Shown in pieces: positions 58,838 through 64,000 of a stretch of DNA of 64,000 nt (position 1 is its first letter; each line of letters starts with the position of its first letter). The DNA is from the human T2T-CHM13v2.0 reference genome, Homo sapiens, in NCBI RefSeq assembly GCF_009914755.1, contig NC_060939.1; one strand, given 5' to 3'. The position numbers were made by a program, and so were the translations under genes. The notes under the pieces are model-generated. The model was given only the letters and a program-made list of their open reading frames with translations. It did not search any database and had not been told where the DNA came from.

Positions 58838-59028
58838 ATCAGGTTGACACACCACAGCCCACAGGCCAAATCTAGCCAATAAAGTTTTATTGGAACACTG
58901 CCATGCCCGTTTGTTGTAGCTGCTTTCATGCTACAGCGTTGAATAGTTACAACAGAGACCGTATGTGGCCCACAAAACCTAAAATATTTACTATCTGGCC
59001 CATTACTGAAAAAGCCTACTCAGCCCTG
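58838..59028 (+). mobile_element. MER58A-like hAT-Charlie MITE
   Basis: GGCCAAATCTAGCC..AATAAAGTTTTATTGGAACAC..CCTAAAATATTTACTATCTGGCCC. Confidence 0.85.
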
Positions 59029-60859
59029 CTCTTCATAGCTATTCTCACAGTCATAGGGGTTATGGAATTGCCTGCTGCTCTCCTTTTAGCCAAGGCTGTG
59101 TAATAATACACGTCTCTTGTGGCCAGGTGTGTTTCAGAGCTCAGAACTGCTTGGATTTCAGTGTACGTGCACTGCATATATGGTTCTATTAGACATCACC
59201 CATGGTAGGGCCTGGGACAACATGCCATAATCAAATACATTCATTTTTCTATAGTGAAATGTAGAACTATTCCCTCTACATAAGATAAATAAGACCACAG
59301 ATATGTTCCCATCAATGCAAGCCAGGCTCTACCACCTAATGTGTTCATGTCAGGTCAGATGTGGCTGCAAAATGAGTTGTGAAAGTCAGTTTTGGATCTC
59401 AGAGCATTAGGGGTATCAGAATTGTTGCTAAGGAACTGTGTTGTCATACTGACGCTTTATTGGGCACTGGAGCAGAGGAACTACAGTCCTCTGAGGGGGT
59501 GTGATGATCTATTTGGTAGATTAGGAAACTGAGACTCAGAGCAGGCATATGGCCGAGGTCACCCAGTTAGTGAAGAGCAGAGCCCACACCCAAATCCAGA
59601 TTTATCTCCAAGTTCTAATCCTAACCTCCTTTAAGACCCAGGTTTAATCCCCTGATCCCTATCACCTTTCATGAAGTCTTCCCTGAGAATGAAAGTCTAC
59701 ATTTACCTCTGACTTTTCCAATTTTTTTTGACTTTGAAATCCAGCACTTAATTATACGCTACATGGTGTTGTTATGCCTCAGTGGTCTTCTCATTTTTTG
59801 AGGGCAAGGTCGGTGAATTCCATTTTTTTCTGTCTTCCCCACAGGGCTGAATGCTCAGTGTATCGGTGATGATTCATCGTTGATTGAAAGAAAGTAACTC
59901 ACTTAGGCTGTAACTTCGCTTCCTTCACCCAGAGGGGCATGGAAAGGATGCGGGGGGCGGAGGTTGTCAGGTGTGTGTCCATGGAGTAGGAAGGCCATGG
60001 AACCTAGCCTATTTGTCTCCCTTGAAAACCTTGACACTCCTTAATTAAAGAGGTTGGATTTGGAGATGGATACATATGGAAATGAAGCATATATGTGTCT
60101 TATTTTGTTAGGTTGGAAAATGCCACGGGAAAGCTGTAGATCTGCATACAGTTATCTCGATGATCAAGAGCAGCCAGCAGTCAGAGGTGACTGGCCCTCT
60201 GTGGTTGGTGTTAGCAAGGAGGATAAAGACACTGTCTGCTTTTAGAAAAAGCATTTAGGTGAATCTCCTGGCTGAGTGCTCCTGTGGGGCTTGGATAATG
60301 CTGATGAATATGTGCATTTTGAAATGATCAGGAGTCAGCCTGATAATCCATCACATGTAAAGATGCCTTTGGGAGCAACTAACCCTTTCTTTGCTCCTGT
60401 GAAGTTCAAACCCTTATGAGAAGGGGCTCCTAGGCATCATTACCACAGGGTTTATCATCATTATCAGCCTTCATGGTTGCCAGCATGGGTTCCTGAAAAG
60501 CCTGCTTACGTATGGTACTTAGATAAAGCTGTGTCTAGGACAAGCCTCACTGCTGCCCTCAATAGTCTTGTGATCCAACCCATTCCAGTCTATGCACTAG
60601 GAGACTGGGTGAGGTGGTAGAACAAAGCATGGCCTCTGGAATCTGGAACCTAGGTCTGGATCCTGACTCTGCCACTTAGTAGCTGTCTAGTCTTAAGCAA
60701 ATTACTCACCTTCTCTGAGTCTCCGATTTTCATCTATAAAAAGGATTGCTAATAATACCTCTTTCTCAGTGTTGTTGTGAAATATAATGTGATAGCCACT
60801 ATTAAATATTTTTATAAGCAAATTTTAAGTCCCTTCCCTTCCTGTCCACCATTAGTCTC

Positions 60860-61236
60860 TGTATTAGTCCATTTTCATGCTGCTAATAAAGACATACTCA
60901 AGACTGGGTTAATATGTCAGGAAAAAGAGGTTTAATGGACCCACAGTTCCACATGAGGAGGCCTCACAATCATGGTGGAAGGCAAAAGGCACGTCTTATA
61001 TGGGAGCAGGCAAGAGAGAAAATGAGAGCCAACTGAAAAGGTTTCCACTTATAAAACCATCAGATCTCATTCACTTATAAAATCATCAGATCTTATTCAC
61101 TACCATGAGAACAGTATGGGGGAAAATGCCCCCATGATTCAGTTATCTCCCACTGGGTCTCTCCCACAACACATGAGAATTATGGGAGCTGCAATTCAAG
61201 ATGAGATTTGGGTAGGGACGCAGCCAAACCATATCA
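60860..61236 (-). mobile_element. THE1 (B-like) MaLR solo LTR
   Basis: TGTATTAGTCCATTTTCATGCTGCT...CAGCCAAACCATATCA; perfect TSD GTCTC (60855-60859, 61237-61241). Confidence 0.95.
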
Positions 61237-62214
61237 GTCTCCAAAGGCAAACAGTAACCTAGACAAGGGAGGGCATAGATGTGGCACACATGCTGCTCCT
61301 CTCTCTTCCAGTGCCTGTGGTAGGCATCAGTAATCAATCACTGCACTCTACTCTGTTCTGCTAAGCTTAAACGAGGCCCCAAAATCTTCAACATGGTGTT
61401 CCAGGCTGCACAACCTGCTAGGACCTATACGAGTGTCTGCAGAGCTCTTTCAGTTCATCCCTTCGTGGTGGCGGAATCTCAGTTGAACCTAAGCTATGAT
61501 CCCAGTAGGATCCAGAATGTTCTATAGACTGTTGGGGCAGGCCCACTAGGGTCTATTTCCCAGGAACCAAGGAGCCTCCTGGAGAAGAATTTATCCTAAG
61601 AGAAGAGAGCCAAAGAAGTAAGGTTCAAGGTAATAGTCCATGGTGCAGGAGGTGGGGATGTAGAATCTGCCACTCAGGATGACCTCTGCCTATCCCTACC
61701 GGACAGATGCCTGAGCCCTTTTTTAGAGGAAGGGCTACAAAAAAATTATAAAGGAGTAGTTTCTCAATAGTGGTCATAGATAGTGATGGTCTAGCACAGC
61801 TGCTGCTTTGGGGCCAGCAACTGCTTCCACTATGGGAGCAGACATAGTACGTCCAGCCTAGATTCCCATGCCAGGTGTTGGACTCAGCAAGTGGTGGGCA
61901 TGGGCAGGTGTTGAGCATGGGCAGCTTCAGCATACGCACCAGAGAGCACCAGCCACAGAAGGACCCTTCGTGGCACCCCCAATGCACCAGGCATTGGCAG
62001 ATACCCTCTGTGGCTGCTTCTTGTGCTATTGGTGGTGACCAAAGATTTCAGTGCAGTGAGGCAGAACAAATGAGCGGGCTGGTGTCAGGTGCTCTGAATC
62101 CTCCACAAGCACAGTAAGTCACCCATTGGGAGCCCCCAGAGCAACCTGGGAGGGAATTTAAAGTGTCAAAGAATGGGTAGGAAGCAGCCAGAGAAAGATT
62201 TTAAAATAGTATTC

Positions 62215-63070
62215 CTTGAGCTCCCTCTAATCCAGCCCCTGGTGGCCTAGGAAACCAGAGTTAGTATATGATCTTGAGCCATTTTGCATCTTATGTCATT
62301 TTTCAAATATTTATAAGTCACCTCCGGAATCTCTGAAGTGAGAAGAGTGTCTTTTGTACGCTAATGAGATGACTGGTGGCTGGCAGCCCCTAGATGGCTT
62401 CAGAATGGGGACTGGTCACAGGGAAGTCCCTCTGGTTAGGATTTTCAGCCCCATCCCCCAACCTCCATGAGGGGAGAGGAGCTGAAGGTTAAATTGATCA
62501 TCAATGGCCGGTGATGTAATCATTCATGCCTGTGTAATGAAACTTCCATACAAGCCCAAAAGGACAGGGTTCAGGAAACTTCCAGAGAGCTGAACATGTG
62601 GAGGCTCCTGAGGGGTGGTCTACCCAGAAAAGGCATAGAAATTTCATGCCCCTTCAGCCATACCTCTCCCTAAGCATCTCTTCCATCTGGCTTTGTAACA
62701 TCCTTTATAATAAATTGATAAATGTAAGTAAAGTCTTTCCCTGAGTTCTATGATCCTCTTTAGCAAATTAATCAAACCCAAGGAGGGAGTCATGGGAACC
62801 TGGATTTATAGTAGGTTCGTCAGAAGCACAGGCAAACAGCCTGGGGCTTGTGACTGGTATCTGAAATGGGGGGCAGTCTTATGGGATCTGGCACTCTCTC
62901 CAGGTAATAGTGTGGCACTGAATTGAATTAGAGGACACCCAGCTGGCGTCTGCTACAGATGGCTTGGTGTATGGAGAAATACCTCCACACATCTGGGGTC
63001 ACAGAAGTATTCTGTGCTGTGTTGTGGTGAGCAGAGAATAGGAAAAACACACTTTGGTTTCTCCTCTATA
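62215..63070 (+). mobile_element. MER21-family LTR
   Basis: TGAGATGACTGGTGGCTGGCAGCCCCTAGAT..CAATGGCC..TGTAATGAAAC..AGCAAATTAATCAAACCCAAGGAGGG..CACATCTGGGGTCACAGAAGT. Confidence 0.8.
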
Positions 63071-64000
63071 GCTAGAAGGTATAGACCCTAGAAGCAGTAC
63101 GTGGATTTTATGTCTCATTGTGTCCTCCATGGTCTCTAGTACAGGCTGGTATGATGGTAGTTCCTCAAAAAAGTTTGGTCAAAAGAATGAATTAACAGAA
63201 GGAAGGAGGGACAGATGGATAGGTGGGTAAATGAATGGATGGATGGTGTGCCACCCTGCAAGCCAGCATTGATGGTCCTGTAATACTGATTACTATTTGC
63301 ATTTTGTTTCCTCCCCACCCTCTCTCTTTTCCTTCCTTCAAATATTTTTTCTTCCTTAGTTCTCATCAACCCCATCTTTGGCTCCATTGTGAGGTTCCTT
63401 TCTCATAATTTCACTCTCTTGAGATCAGAATGAAAAGCTGGGTCAATTTTCCATTAATTAATTCATTAATTAATTGAGTCAATAACTGTTTATTGAGCTC
63501 CAGCTGTTCCTTTGTCCATTGATGCAGTCACTTGACAAGATGCTTATTGAGCACCGGTGGTGTGTCTGATGTGGTGCCAGAAGCTAACTGATGGGGAAAC
63601 ACAAAGATCTAAGCAAGATCCCTGCTCTCTGGGGTCCAACATCTAAATGACAAAGTGGACAGAAGCCAGCAAACACTGAGCTCTGCTGACCCGTTGCTCC
63701 CATCCTGATCAGTAGCCCCATCTTCAGGTTGTGAAGGTCAACCCACCTCCAAACCCCATGTTGTTTTGCCTCTTGTTCTTTGTTAATTGGTCTAACAGGT
63801 TGCCTGCAGTGGCCACATAATTAATATGGCATTTGCAGAGACAGGCACTCTCTGCTCGCTACCTCCCTTCGCCCTGCTTCTTGCTTCATCTTCAGTCTCC
63901 CCTGCTCCTTCCTCATCTGAATCCTCAGAATGCAGAATTAGAAGAGATCTTGGGGTGCTTCTGGTTATCCAGAGCCCAGCATGGGTGTCCCATCCACAGC

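Overview
Primate (most likely human) non-coding DNA, either intronic or intergenic. Evidence: AluY/S/J, THE1, MLT1, MER5, MIR, L2 and old L1 fragments, CpG depletion and no CpG island. I cannot support any protein-coding exon, RNA gene, promoter or CRISPR array, and I do not recognise the locus. The supplied ORFs are almost all chance frames in Alus, low-complexity tracts or old repeats. The most unusual feature is a cluster of three local, apparently non-retrotranspositional duplications of different ages within about 20 kb (39-59 kb). These are a 72-bp direct copy inside an AluJ (~85% identical), a 435-bp direct copy inside a (TA)n tract (~98%), and a 359-bp inverted, indel-free copy (~91%) replacing an Alu tail. 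The inverted copy and its source bracket a 4.84-kb segment. Several repeat-poor islands dense in homeodomain, SOX and RFX motifs look like developmental enhancers. Repeat subfamilies were called by eye from remembered consensus sequences and need RepeatMasker/Dfam confirmation. Boundaries without a target-site duplication (TSD) are approximate.
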